In this document: piece after piece, positions 1 to 14,500 of the stretch | How positions within the stretch are numbered: the stretch's first letter is position 1 | Layout: every line of letters begins with the position of its first letter | The notes under the pieces: generated by a model | Seen by the model: only the letters and a program-made list of their open reading frames with translations | Databases searched by the model: none | Told to the model about the DNA's origin: nothing | NCBI GenBank assembly: GCA_040954595.2 | Contig: CM082578.2 | Location: 1,408,831-1,472,830, forward strand | Reading direction: 5' to 3' | DNA length: 64,000 nt | From: Balanoglossus misakiensis | Taxonomy: Eukaryota; Animalia; Hemichordata | Program-made: the position numbers and the translations under genes

Positions 1-756
1 TCAAGCTGAGAAGGGATGACGCCACAATGTTTATAATGTTATCCGTATTTTTTGAGAATTAAATAATTATATAAAGCTTATGCACTACAATTGTTGTCAA
101 AGCATTAAATGACCAAATGTTATAGATACAAGTACATGGTTGTTTTGTTTGTTTTTTAATTTTAAGATCATGTCATATAATAACGTTGTGTGTTTATTTT
201 TACGACACTTCACGAAGATGAATGACATACAGGAAGATTTTCTGGTAATTCTGGCAACTGCAACTGCCTACTTATTCCAAGAGAGAAATAAGAAAAAGAA
301 AAGGAAAAGGTGAATAATTTATAATTATGAGTAAAATGAATGTGATATTTTACTTAATAGCTTTGTAAATCCAGTTTTTGTATGCATGTGTCTCAACATA
401 TAACTTCCTGAATTACCAAGATTTTTTAAATTTTATTTATGGAACTGTTGACATGTACAATTCACATATTTACAGAAAACTTTGGTGTAGGCCTTGGCTG
501 TTACGGAGACCACAACTGGGATGGTATCACACTCTCATTCAAGAGTTAAGATTAGAGGACCCAAGATGCTACAAGAATTTTTTGAGGGTCAATTACACAG
601 GGTTTTCAGATTTGCTAACCCTAATAGAAGACAGAATCCATGAGGTCATCAATATCTCCAGGGGAACGGTTGGCTGTAACCCTCCGGTTTTTGGCAACAG
701 GTATACAAATGTGCTACAGCTTTTATCATTACACATGTGAGTGTGTGTGTGTGAGC

Positions 757-758
<2 letters not shown>

Positions 759-806
<48 letters not shown>
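759..806. repeat. (TA)n microsatellite
   Basis: Pure TA run in transposase intron 2. Confidence 0.95.
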
Positions 807-808
<2 letters not shown>

Positions 809-2158
809 GTAATGAAAATGGAGAAAGTATCCTATATTTTCTGTAAAATAGACATTTACTATAATTGGCATGCCATCCTGCATCAATTATAAGTCTGTAT
901 ATGCACTGAAGCACTCACAGGGTGCATTGCATGGTGTTCAACCATGTTAAAAATCAGTGTACTTTCTTCAATTTTCAAGACAGATATATATATATATATA
1001 TATGATCTGTAGATGTTTGTATACAAATGCATTTAATTGTTTTGTATTGTTTCTCCATAGGACAATCATACCAATGTCTACAGTATGGATTTCGGATGTC
1101 TGTTTCAACAATTCAGAAAATAATCCCAGAAACATGTGAAGCAATCTTCGAGGCTCTTAAAGACAGCTATCTCAAGGTAACTATAAATTTTTTCCATGTT
1201 TATTTCATTTTTTAAGTCATTTGGACTTTAAAACAGAAAATCTTAGTATACATATCAATAAAATATTACATAGAATGCTAACACACTCCAAATATGGAGA
1301 CAACAACAACAATAAGTTGCATGTTACAATGGATGTGATTATTGAAATGTTTTTTTCTTAAAATCTAACTCTTACCTTCCTTGTTGTTTATGTATTCATT
1401 AATACTGATGATACTATGACTTCTAAATATTTGATCTGTGGAATAAAAATGGGGGGTCAACAAGCTATAGCAACCAACAGTATTGTAAACACACGAAAAT
1501 TTCAGTCCCAAATTTAATAAATATATCTTATGTACTAAAATATCCTCTCAGCATTACACTACAACTTTGTTTAAAAAACACTGGAAATAAAATTTAACTT
1601 TTTACACTCTGGGCAGAAACCTGCGCAAACAACTAAAATATTGCTTAAAGAGAAAATCATTATAGAATTCTTTAACATGTTTTTAAAAATCGCGTCAAGG
1701 ACACGGTGGTCCCATTGAGGGATTATACAAGAAAAAGTCTACACCAGAGTACATGGCCATATACAGACAGACACACACACACACACTTAGCGAGAGATCA
1801 ATGGGCAAGCACTGACTAACCCATTAGCTGCCAATGGCATATGTACTGTACATACACTAAATAGAACAAGCCAGTTATGTAATCTTTCAGGAATTTGTAT
1901 ATAATTCACTGCCTCAGGAGGGGGCTTCCTGCCTAATTAAAACAACTCAATAAAATAAATACACACCAATTTGCAAAGCAATCTGACCAGTAATAATAAT
2001 AATAATAATAGTAGTTCTTGAGGTACTGAGTTTTGACCAAATTCACATTTTTCATTTTGGCAATGACAACAAACTCCCATCTACAGTCAAGCCTGCATCT
2101 GCACACCAAATAACAAGGTGATACATACAGCGGTTTTCAAGTTTTTGATGTGGACGGA

Positions 2159-2199
2159 CATACATACATACATACATACATACATACATACATACATAC
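2159..2199. repeat. (CATA)n microsatellite
   Basis: About 10 tandem CATA units. Confidence 0.9.
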
Positions 2200-2253
2200 A
2201 GATGCAATCGATCCCATAAGGTCCCATGGTATATATGCCTATACCAATGGGAC

Positions 2254-5200
2254 CTAAAAATCTACCAAAGGATGATGGGTGGGAGTGTATGAGCATTCAG
2301 GAGAATGGTGGGCTGGGGTGCTGGTGTATGGGGTTGGGCCAGAAGGGTATGTTTGTGTGGCAGGTGGTGTTTGATATATAAATGGTTCGAATCTTGGCAA
2401 ATTAAATTCTCCCAAACACATTTTAGTAATTATTTCTGATATCTTCAATTTTGCCACAGCTTTGGCTTTTACGTTTTCACAAGCTGCGAGCTCTCCAGCA
2501 ACATAGTTGCCGAAAGCTTCATCCGAAGATGAAGAACGTGTTGTTTCGTTTTTGTTTGCTATTTTATTGCATGCCGCAGCCATGCTAGATAACATAAAGC
2601 TTGTTTCATCTTGTTTCCTTTTGCGAGATGGTCTAGGTTCAACATGTTGAACAACTTCGTCATGGTCCTCTGAAATAGAATCCTCCGAATCTTGGGAACA
2701 CTGAAAAAACAAAATACATTTGTAACATTTTCTGGTTCAGGGACATTTTCATTCAAAATCAGCTAATTCAGTTAGTTTACCATCACTTTAAAAAATGTTA
2801 TTTAAAAAACCAAGGAACTGAATATGCTGTCAGAGGACTGTAATGTAACATGACTTTATTATGCATCCCATGTTTGTTTCAGACTCCAAGTACAACAGAA
2901 GATTGGGCCAAAATTGCAAAGGACTTTGAAGACAGATGGAACTTTCCAAATTGCATTGGTGCCCTAGATGGCAAGCATGTTGTAATCAGAAAGCCAGCAA
3001 ACAGTGGGAGTATTTACTACAACTACAAACATACTTTCAGTATTGTGCTAATGGGCCTTGTTGATGCCAATTATAAATTTACATATGTAGATGTTGGATG
3101 TCAGGGTCGGATTAGTGATGGGGGTGTGTATAGAGCTTGTTCTTTGTCATCTGCTTTGGAAACAAATGCCCTAAAAGTACCAAAGCCCGCACCACTACCT
3201 GGTACAACTGAATGCTTGCCATACATGGTAGTGGCTGATGATGCTTTTCCCATAAAAGAGTACCTCATGAAACCATACCCATACCGCCAACTTTCCTTGG
3301 AGAAGAGATTGTATAATTACAGACTCTCCAGGGCCAGAAGAGTTGTTGAGAATGCTTTTGGTATACTGGCCAGTCGTTTTAGAATATTTCAGACAGCAAT
3401 CAATCTTCCCCCAGACACTGTACAAAGTGTTGTTTTAGCCTGCTGTGCTTTGCATAATTATCTGGTGTCCCATTCTACTGCAAACACAGTTTATACACCT
3501 CCAGGATCAACAGACATTGTTGACCCCGTGACACATGACATCCTTGATGGTGCTTGGAGACATGAAAACTCTGGTATGGTTTGTCTAGAAAGACATCCAC
3601 CCACAAGGGGAACAGAGGGAGCAAATAATGTAAGAAATAGACTGTGTGATTATTTCAGCAATGAAGGGTCTGTTGATTGGCAACTTAGCAAAATTTAAAT
3701 TTAGAGATTTAAAACTAGAGATTTGCCTTTACAATACAACCCTTTTGTATGATCAACAGTGGTATTGTTGATAATTGAATTCAAGTCTGTATTTATTTGT
3801 GGTCATTGCATGATATTATTTATTCTGATGTATATGTATATATTTTATGGATATGCTGTATTATGCTTGCTGTGTTATGCAATAATAATAATAATAATAA
3901 TTAAATAAAGAATTATATAATAATAATTAAATAAAGAATTATATAAAAATAATAATTTTAATAATAATAGGTCCGATTTCCACAAAAAATTCACCATAGG
4001 GGTATCTTGGCTCGAAAAGAACAAAAATGATATCCGTTTAGTGATCCCATGTTTCTATGGCAACCATTTTTGGGCTGAAATTATGCTTTTTGTGCTAAGA
4101 GAGGGTATCACAAGTCACTTTAAATAATAATAGGTTGGATTTGAACACAAAATCGCACTGGCAGTATTTTTGGTCACAAAGGAAACATTTGTGGTTTATT
4201 TTCCGAATGCACATTTATAAGTTGGTGAAATTTGACTTTTCTTTCAAGACAGAGGAACTGCACATGTGCAGAACAACTGGCAATGCAGCCTGCCGATTTC
4301 CACAGTGTAACTACAAAAAATCACAAGATACAATAGTATCGCTGGGGAATCCAATCAATCGATTGTTCACGCATATTTCCTGACTGTCGACCAGTTTTAA
4401 AACATAAATCCATTGGTATTGCATAAACGTTTACCGTCTATCTGTTGTTGTATGGTTATCGAAGGAAGGCAGTTACAGGACACACCCGTAGAAGTACACA
4501 CTTTTTGAGTGTTGACGGCGAGTCTGTTAAATTTGGCAGTTCAGCGTGACTTCAACACTAAATAGACAACTAGCAGAAAAGTCTGCAAACTTCTAAATTT
4601 CTGGGAATGTTTTATTTGGTATGGTTATGAAATAATTTTCGTTTAGGAAGAATCAAATCTCAGTGACGCACGATACCTTCTGATGAATGCGAAGACCTGT
4701 CAGCTGACACGCAAATGCAGTCAAAACATAAAATTGAAAACGAAACCGCGAGATGCCTCGTGTGTCTGTCCTGTCACCTCGTCTGAGAAAACAATAAAAT
4801 TCCCGAGAAATAATAACACGAAATCCAAAGTATCGTGATAACATTTCTTCATTTCTCCGATTTTATTTTGCTGCCGTGTAAACATTGCGTCCGTTTGACA
4901 CCGACACAAACGTAGCATAACTCAGAGGACAATTCTTCGATTAAAATCAATGATTTAAACACTAACCTTCCTGTTCCACGATATCTGCAGTTTCTATGGC
5001 GCTCAAATCTCACGATATGTGCAATTCTTAAGCCAACTGGGGTATTATTCCTGTCGTTTTAGCCACGAAAACTGGGCAGACGACACAACGCGAAACAGCT
5101 CGTTCACACTCAGTTGACATCGCGTGATTTCAGAGCGCGCGCAAACATACGAAAAATTGCTACAATGTTGTACGTAAATAAACTCGGTTCCAACTCGCGT

Positions 5201-5490
5201 TGGGTTTCGAGTGAAGTTTTGTACCTCAGATCTGTCGTACACACGCTACTCGACTCACCGGGTAACAAGGTTTTAAATAGTGTTTAACAATACCCGAGGT
5301 CTTTTTGTGAATATTAGGTAGAAAATCTCCAACCGAAAGCGTTGAAACGTCGTCTGCAATTTTAGATACATAGGCCACTTTGAAAAATGTTGTCTTTATG
5401 AATCTGAAGTATCACGAATGATTGTACAGGAAATCCACCCGTGCTTATTAAATTGATAGATTGTTTATATAATTCTTTAAACCCCTTAAC

Positions 5491-5521
<31 letters not shown>

Positions 5522-8500
5522 TCAATAAAGAATTATATAAAAATAATAATTGTAATAATAATAGGTCCGATTTCCATAAAAATTTCACCATAGGGGTATC
5601 TTGGCTCAATAAGAACAAAAATGATATCCGTTTAGTGATCACATGTTTCTATGGCAACCATTTTGGGGCTGAAATTATGCTTTTTGTGCTAAGAGAGGGT
5701 ATCACAAGTCAATTTACATAATAATTGGTTGGATTTGAACACAAAATCACACTGGCAGTATTTTTGTTCACAAAGAAAACATTTGGGGTTTATTTTCCGA
5801 ATGCACATTTATAAGTTGGTGAAATTTGACTTTTCTTTCAAGACAGAGGAACTGCGCATGTGCAGAACAACTGGCAATGCAGCCTGCCGATTTCCACAGT
5901 GTAACTACAAAAAAATACAAGATACAATAGTATCGTTAAGGAATCCAATCAATCGATTGTTCATGCATTTCCAGACTGTCGACCAGTTTTAAAACATAAA
6001 TTCATTGGTATTGCATAAACGTTTACCGTCTATTTGTTGTTGTAGGACATGGGTTATTGAAGGAAGGCAGTTACAGGACACACTCGTAGAAGTACACTGT
6101 TTGAGTATTGACAGCGAGTCTGTGTTAAATTTGGCAGTTCAGCGTGACTTCAACACTAAATAGACAACTAGCAGAAAAGTCTGCAAACTTCTAAATTTCT
6201 GGGAATGTTTTATTTGGTATGGTTATGAAATAATTTTCGTTTAGGAAGAATCAAATCTCAGTGACGCACGATACCTTCTGATGAATGCGAAGACCTGTCA
6301 GCTGACACGCAAATGCAGTCAAAACATAAAATTGAAAACGAAACCGCGAGATGCCTCGTGTGTCTGTCCTGTCACCTCGTCTGAGAAAACAATAAAATTC
6401 CCGAGAAATAATAACACGAAATCCAAAGTATCGTGATAACATTTCTTCATTTCTCCGATTTTATTTTGCTGCCGTGTAAACATTGCGTCCGTTTGACACC
6501 GACACAAACGTAGCATAACTCAGAGGACAATTCTTCGATTAAAATCAATGATTTAAACACTAACCTTCCTGTTCCACGATATCTGCAGTTTCTATGGCGC
6601 TCAAATCTCACGATATGTGCAATTCTTAAGCCAACTGGGGTATTATTCCTGTCGTTTTAGCCACGAAAACTGGGCAGACGACACAACGCGAAACAGCTCG
6701 TTCACACTCAGTTGACATCGCGTGATTTCAGAGCGCGCGCAAACATACGAAAAATTGCTACAGTGTTGTACGTAAATAAACTCGGTTCCAACTCGCGTTG
6801 GGTTTCGAGCGAAGTTTTGTACCTCAGATCTGTCGTACACACGCTACTCGACTCACCGGGTAACAAGGTTTTAAATAGTGTTTAACAATACCCGAGGTCT
6901 TTTTGTGAATATTAGGTAGAAAATCTCCAACCGAAAGCGTTGAAACGTCGTCTGCAATTTTAGATACATAGGCCACTTTGAAAAATGTTGTCTTTATGAA
7001 TCTGAAGTATCACGAATGATTGTACAGGAAATCCACCCGTGCTTATTAAATTGATAGATTGTTTATATAATTCTTTAAACCCCTTAACTGGCAATAATAA
7101 TAATAATAATAATAATAATTCAATAAAGAATTATATAAAAATAATAATTGTAATAATAATAGGTCCGATTTCCATAAAAATTTCACCATAGGGGTATCTT
7201 GGCTCAATAAGAACAAAAATGATATCCGTTTAGTGATCACATGTTTCTATGGCAACCATTTTGGGGCTGAAATTATGCTTTTTGTGCTAAGAGAGGGTAT
7301 CACAAGTCAATTTACATAATAATTGGTTGGATTTGAACACAAAATCACACTGGCAGTATTTTTGTTCACAAAGAAAACATTTGGGGTTTATTTTCCGAAT
7401 GCACATTTATAAGTTGGTGAAATTTGACTTTTCTTTCAAGACAGAGGAACTGCGCATGTGCAGAACAACTGGCAATGCAGCCTGCCGATTTCCACAGTGT
7501 AACTACAAAAAAATACAAGATACAATAGTATCGTTAAAGCCCCAGTACTTTTTACAATTTACAATATAACTAGTGAAGAATGACTTTCTGTCCGGACAGA
7601 AAGTCACGTGAGTCAGGCTCCTGTTGACACACGGAATGCAACGTAATAACGCTACTGCGCATGTGCACTCAAATGTACACAAGTTTCAGCAGACAGCAAT
7701 GGCGTCCATGGAGTCTACGTCTAAGCGGAAGGGGTTCGGTCGCCCCAAATCTAGCGACTCAGCGAAGAAACGCGCCCTAAAGCGGCGAAATGTTGGCAAG
7801 ATAAATATATGGGAGGAAATAATTCGATGGAACGATATCAAATCCGAAAATGGTCTGACATCAAATGTCGAAGTGGCACGTTTGCTGATCGACCGGTAAG
7901 AATGACTGTGACCAGAGCCTGAGCTCAGCGTGGTCTAACCCTCATGTGTTATTTCTATGTCGATGTTCTGTATTTCTCAAAATTTCAAAAGCGAACATTT
8001 GTTCAGAAGTGTGGATCCTCTTATGAAATAATCGATCATTTTAATTTTAAAACAAAGAGTTTCTGCCCTAGCAGCACGAGCTGTGAAAGATGGTTAGGTC
8101 TAGATCAGCTTCATACAATTACGTGCAAATGAAACACAACCGCACATTTATTCGTCAAGCAGAACAAACTTGATATTACACAACTGCAAACTACGTCTTT
8201 GGATGCTACTCGAACCAAAGAAGCATTACTGCATTATCACAGCTGACGGAATTTGCTTTGTAAAAATAAATCACTGAAATTCAACCGTCATCACAATCCA
8301 ATATTGACAATTGTTTCATCCACCATCCATGCAATGATCCCTTTTTTACATAGACAAGCACCACTAGTATTGTTACCTCTATGGCTGTTCAAATGGTCTC
8401 CTGCCTGTGAGTGATAACAGTTCTAGCAACATTCTGGTAGTATAGTTGTAGACAGTTTAGTACCCATACTCGTAATCACAATTACAATTTATGTGCTTTT

Positions 8501-11500
8501 ATGTAAGCGCAGAGGCAGAAGGGGTACAGTGGAAGAAGAGGGGGGGGGGGTGAGTGGAAGCGGTAGAGGAAGGGGGAGAGGCAGAGGTAGGATTTTAGAA
8601 AATACCCAACAAGCTGATGAAGTCCTTATTGACAGTGGAATTTGACATCTTAAAGGGACAAAGTCTCTCTCTCACTTGTTATGTTATTCTACATGTGGAT
8701 ATATAGTGAATCAATGTTCGACTACACACAACTTCCATCCCGTTTTTACAGGATATGAAACAGTACTGGCACTGGTGAGAGCATACAGAAGGGACATGCT
8801 GGCAGTGAATGATGATGATGACAGGACTAAGGCTGATCGTCATGCAGCTAACAGGCAGTTTGTGTTATGGCAGCATGGTGTTCTGGGCGCACGAGACAGG
8901 CGAGTCATACCGAGCTGCTCAAACTTGACATTTAACACCATACAAACTCTGCTAAATGCATATGAACTTGTTGAATTCTTTTATTTCCAAGTTAATGCGG
9001 ACAAAATTTTACAATTACATTTTTCATGGACAAGGAATTTAGTGTTGTACTTCAATTATATACTGTAATTTTGTTTGTGCGACAGGGTTTCTTTGTAGTC
9101 GTTCCCCATGTGTGTCTATACTTTGGAATAAATCTTGGTTGCATACTAGAAATATTGAGTGCAGTACGTTTGTTCCTTGGTCCGGGAGTGACTTGTGGAA
9201 TATGAGCGCCCACATTGGAGTGAACCCTTGGTCACATATGCTTTTTGTTTTATGACATAATTTTGGAGAATTTTATCCCCTCTTGAATTTCACTGAAAGG
9301 GACAGAGTCTCTCATTTTTTAGTTGTTTTTCCATGGATTTTGTTTTTGTTTTGTTTTCATGAGAAGTACACCAAGGGTGATTTTTACATATGTGCTAGCT
9401 ATGGTGTTGGCCATTTTATGGAACACCACGTTTGCCGTTTATAACATGCCTGATTTTGATCAAAAACAGCCCAAAAATAGAAGTGGAAGTTGTAGTCTAG
9501 AGCTTCATCAACATGATATTTTTAACTCCTTGAAAACAGCCGCCAACCTTGGTGCTTTCATCATGTGAAATGGCATGGACCATTTTCAAATGAGTATGGC
9601 ATTGTTCATTCACTCACACACAAATACACTAAATCCAGCGTGTTTGTGAAGGATGAATTATGCCATACCCATCGGACAATGGTCCTTGATGAAAGCGCCA
9701 AGCTTGGCACTTTTTTCTCAGGAAGCAATATCCATCAAGTTGGTGAAGCCCTACAAAGTAACCTCTGCCACTATTTTGGTTGTATCTGTAAAAAAAACAT
9801 GCAAGTTATAAACAGCAAAAGTGGCATTTATAGAATAACTGACACCAAAGCTTTCACATATGAAAAAATCAGCCTTGGATCAAACTTTGCCTTTCGTGTT
9901 CACATGTGACAGTAGACTGTAAGGTAGTTATGTTTTGATGCTTCGTGCCTCTGACCCCAAACACACAACTGTAGGCAGTGTGTAGGTTTAGCCAGCAGCA
10001 TCAAAGAAATTAAGTCACACCCACATATATCAAAATTCTGGGGCAGAGTTACTTCTACCCAATTGTTTACTCGTATGTTAACTTGATCACACAAGTCAGG
10101 AATGTCATATCGGCTTGTACAAATACCAGACAGTCACATGTCTAATTGGTGCAATGTGATTGGTTCCAACAAAAAAATGTTGGAGCTGACTAAACCTACA
10201 CACTGCCTACAATCATGTTTTTTGGGGGTGAATGTATGGAATGCCCTTACACGACAGTACCTTACAGTCTAATGTGACAGCAGCTGAGCTAAAGTAAATG
10301 AGCACAGGCTTAGACAATTACCACAGCAGACTAAAGGCTAGTTACAGGGTAGGAGGTCAGTGTTCCTAGATTATGTTTTCCTGGATATTTGTTCTTGTAC
10401 AATAGAAGCTGTAGGTGGAGGTGGGGTGGCAGCCAGATGTGCAGAGATCCTGCGTGGGTCTTGTGGTTCCATGTCGATCTGTCTTTTCATGCCTTGCCTA
10501 TCAGCCATACGTTTCTCTACAATCGATTTCTTCAAGCCTCTAATATAGCCATAGCTTTTGTCAACCTTTTCAGGATAAACAGACCATCTGCAGCTCTTTT
10601 TGTTGTAGTGTCTGTGGTAGCTACAAAAATTCAAGCAAGATATACAGTTTTTTTCACATCTACATGTAGATTTATGTATTTTAATTAATACATGATCTGC
10701 TTATTGCAGTTAGCAATATCACATCTGAATGATTGTTCATCAGAAAGGTGACAATAAATTAGGGTATCATTGCCCTAATACAACTGTAATGGGTTTCTTT
10801 GTCTTTGTGGTGCTTTATGTTTGCCACTGCAGTTGCTCTCTACTGAGTATTTCAATGATTTTCAAAGTAATTTCAATTTATGAAACTCACATGATGTCAC
10901 CGTGCTTATTTCTTCTTATTGCTCTGTTATGATGCATGTTGTGATCAAGTGCTGCTAATAAGTTCCGCACTCTATACACAGGAGGCGAGTAGGCATACCG
11001 CTTTGCAGCATACATCAAAATGTTTTGCTGAAAAGTCTCCAATTCAGCAGTACTCCTACAATTTGAAAAGAAAAATCAAATTGTAAATCATGTGAAGATA
11101 ACATGCTGATGCAACACAAGACAATAAAGGATATCTGACAACAACATGAGACCAGTAACTCTTGACAAAGTTATCATTAATTCTACTGATCAGCTACACT
11201 TTCAGGTCTACAAATTTGTTGCCATTATGGCCTGTCATTGTGTACTACTATGCATTGCAATTAGTGTCTCAGTAACATCAATTATGTTTGATGTCTTACC
11301 TGAAGTTCAAATAGTAGGGGATATTGTTCAGGAAGCGTTTGTCAAAAACTATTTTCCTGAGTGCTACGTGAGCCGGGTTGCCCTTCTTTAACCATTCTCT
11401 GCCCTGTAGACGTTCATCAGAAAGTGGACCATGGTCACACTGGTTGTTCCCCTGGCCGTAGGGAAGTATCCAAGCATGCTCATTGGTAACATGATGCAAG

Positions 11501-14500
11501 ACACCACACCAGATCCCCTATAAAAAGCCATAAATACAGCTTGAAACATCATTGTCTCAAACCCCTATTTCTTTCAAAAAGCCTTCATCTGTGGAGATTT
11601 TCAAGTGAATTGATATTTTTTTAATTCAACATCAGTCTGCACGAGAATTTTTGAAAATTCAAATTACATTTCCAATTGTTTGAGTACACAAATCTGGCAA
11701 TTTTTCGCAGAAATTTATATTGTCTTTCAGTCTACAACAAAAACTAATCGTGAAAATGAGTAGTTCAATGATATTGAAATATGAAAATTTTCAATCCAGT
11801 TGCATGATCTTTGCTGAAGACAATCTGCATCACTTCATGAATAACAAAAATGATCTCTTACCAAGAATTCCTCATAAGTAGAAGCCTTTTTGCAGCAATA
11901 CCAAAAGTGGTTCACAACGTGTTTGCTCCACTTCTGCAGTGTTTTACACTGTTTATCTTGACTGGCCTAAAATACACATACAATGGGAATTTACTTGTTA
12001 TAAACAATTATGTTAAAACAATATAAAATAAAAAAATACAGCAAGGCAACATTGTAAAAAGTAATAAATATGTACACAGGTTCATTTTGTGTTGACAGCA
12101 AAATGTTGAAGGGATTTAAAGCGATAAAGTCTCTCTCTCGCGACCTTTTTGATATATAGTCAAGCAATGTTCGACCACATACAACTTCCATCCCGTTTGT
12201 AGGATATGAGAGAAAAAATCTCGCCAAAATGAATAAATGGTAAACACTGATTATTTATTTTGGCGAGTTTTTCACTCCCGTGTCTACAAGCTGGATGGAA
12301 GTTGTGTGTGGTTGAACGTTGATACACTATATATCCACATGTAGAATAATATAAATGGTGTTATGTATCAAACATAATAAATGGAAAAAAGGCAGCGAGA
12401 GAGAGACTTTGTCCCTTTAAGCTGCACCTTTAGGCTGTTTTTATCATAAGTCAGGTTCTTTGCATCAATTACAGTTTCTTATCTTACCCTGCTGAAATTC
12501 CAAGTATTCTGTTTGTCAGCACAGCCTGTATATGTACAGTAAGCATTGTTATTGTTGACAAATCAATTCTAGTCTGGCCCTGAATTCTATTTTTGACCTT
12601 GACAATGACTATACATGTACATATGTAGGCTGTCTTGATAAACTGAGTAGCAGATGCCATCACACTTCATCTAAAACAGGAACTGTTTGTGATAGTTACC
12701 TTAATTATTTTCTTCCCAAGATTCTTGGCAGCGTGCCAGATATCGTGGGAATGTTTAATATGCCGGTATCTTCGCTCTGTGAAAATAATAGTCTTCTGAT
12801 TATTAAACATTCAGATACTACAATTCCATGTGTTATTCAACAATACATATACTGGAGAGAGAGAAGCATGTACAGTAAAACCTGTCTCTTCTCGTCAGTT
12901 AAAACCTGTTTATACTGAACACATACCAAAGTCTCATTCACATAGGATGCTGTAACTGAAAGATGACAAATGTTTTCACAGGCTCCCACTGCATGTCACT
13001 GTGGACACACCTTTTTAATACTTGTACAATCAGAATAGCTGTCTGAATAGAATTGCCATTTGTGATTGGTGCATAAAGCATTATGTGACCTGTCAGGGAA
13101 GCATACAAACTAACGGGAAGATACAATTATAAACCCATTTTTGAGAATACAAAGCCCCATGAATTTCAATCATTACTTATTGTGTGAGCATGTTGTAATC
13201 AAAGGGGTTAAATTATGGAATTTCCTGAAAGAAATATTTATACTGTATAACTGTACATACTCATTAGCGCCCCAATCTGGAGGTGGGAATCTGTAACAAC
13301 TTCTTTGATCTGTAATCCTTCGCCATGCAACTGTGTCATACTTGCTTCAAAACAGGACTTCTCCAGATTAGTAGACTTCTTTTCAGTCTCTCTTTTATCC
13401 ATTGTAATGATAGATAGGATATCTTTAGACTCATTCTCTAGCAATGTGTATGAACAGTATTGCGCACAGAAGCCAGGGCTATCCATTCTCCCATCACCTG
13501 TTTCATTGGTAAGAAAGGTGTAGGATATGAAAATAAGAAATTAAAGCTATAATGCTGTTTGCTTAGCATATACCGGTAATGCTCAATGCGGTGTCTCAAA
13601 GACATGAAGTGAAAAGTATCCTCATACAAAATTTACAAAAGATTTTAACACAGTAGTTTATACAATGTTGACCAGTAAATGTACTCAAATGCCTCTTACC
13701 AAGTAAGACTATTTCCTTGTCTTTGTACTTCTCAAGCAGTTGATCCTGATGACTGAACCAATACTCATCTATGCAAGGCACCAGGTAATGCTTTTGAATT
13801 TTGTAGTATGTTGACTTGGATACAAAATTCAGGTTCAACATCTTTGCAAAGAGAGCAACCTTTGCAAAATTATTACCAGACAGCAATACTGCAGAAGATA
13901 CCAAAAGATCACCTGCACTGAGTCGCCGATTTAATATCGGCTGAGAACACCATCTGAAATTTCTGTGACCTTCTTGACACACCTGCAAGAAAAAACAAGT
14001 GTATTTGAAGATGAGGTTCTTAAAACTAAAGAAGGGGTTTAAATGAATGTATCAATACTGAACAATACTACCAACAAAACTACATGTCAGTTCGTATTAT
14101 TGCTCCCATTTATTGAAATACAGCCTTACACAAAGGCTATCGTTTCTGAAAAATAATCACTAATCATATGTAACTGCATAACTAACATTGTAGAAGATAC
14201 TTATTACTAAGACAACTGACAGTGAGTTGTCACTTGACTGATAGGTTTGACATTCAGTCATTTTAAATTTTAATGAATCTGTATCGTAAAAAAGAACGTT
14301 CGATTTCTGTCGCAGCACTCTTAAGGTCCTGTCACAAACAGTTATACACAGCTACATGTACATAGCTCTTTGCAGCACTGTTCATACTGTGGATCTGTGT
14401 CATACCCATATACATATACCACCTTTGCTGACACAGATCTCTACGCCAGAGTTGTAACAGGGCCTGCACAAACATGTAGCTTTTATAGGGGATAATTTGT

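Larger units (their letters stand above)
218..3698 (+). pseudogene. PIF/Harbinger transposase (HARBI1-like, DDE_Tnp_4), 4 exons, frameshifted
   Basis: Exons 218-309, 476-700, 1061-1176, 2883-3698 with GT-AG ends and compatible phases. Motifs WCRPW, ISPGERLAVTLRFLATG, WNFPNCIGALDGKH, VADDAF, RRVVENAFGILASRF (D-D-E triad). The reading frame changes near 636-640 (IEDRI.. vs MRSSISPGE). Confidence 0.9.

Noticed and set aside
593-914. YIYIYI-containing ORFs
   Set aside because: Artefacts of the (TA)n microsatellite.
4135-7240. Short ORFs recurring in the 1.6-kb units
   Set aside because: No recognisable motifs, mostly non-ATG starts, and frames differ between copies; recurrence reflects DNA repetition.
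8676-9068. A host P2X7 receptor gene
   Set aside because: Only the short C-terminal-like motif is present, inside a transposon; no channel exons.
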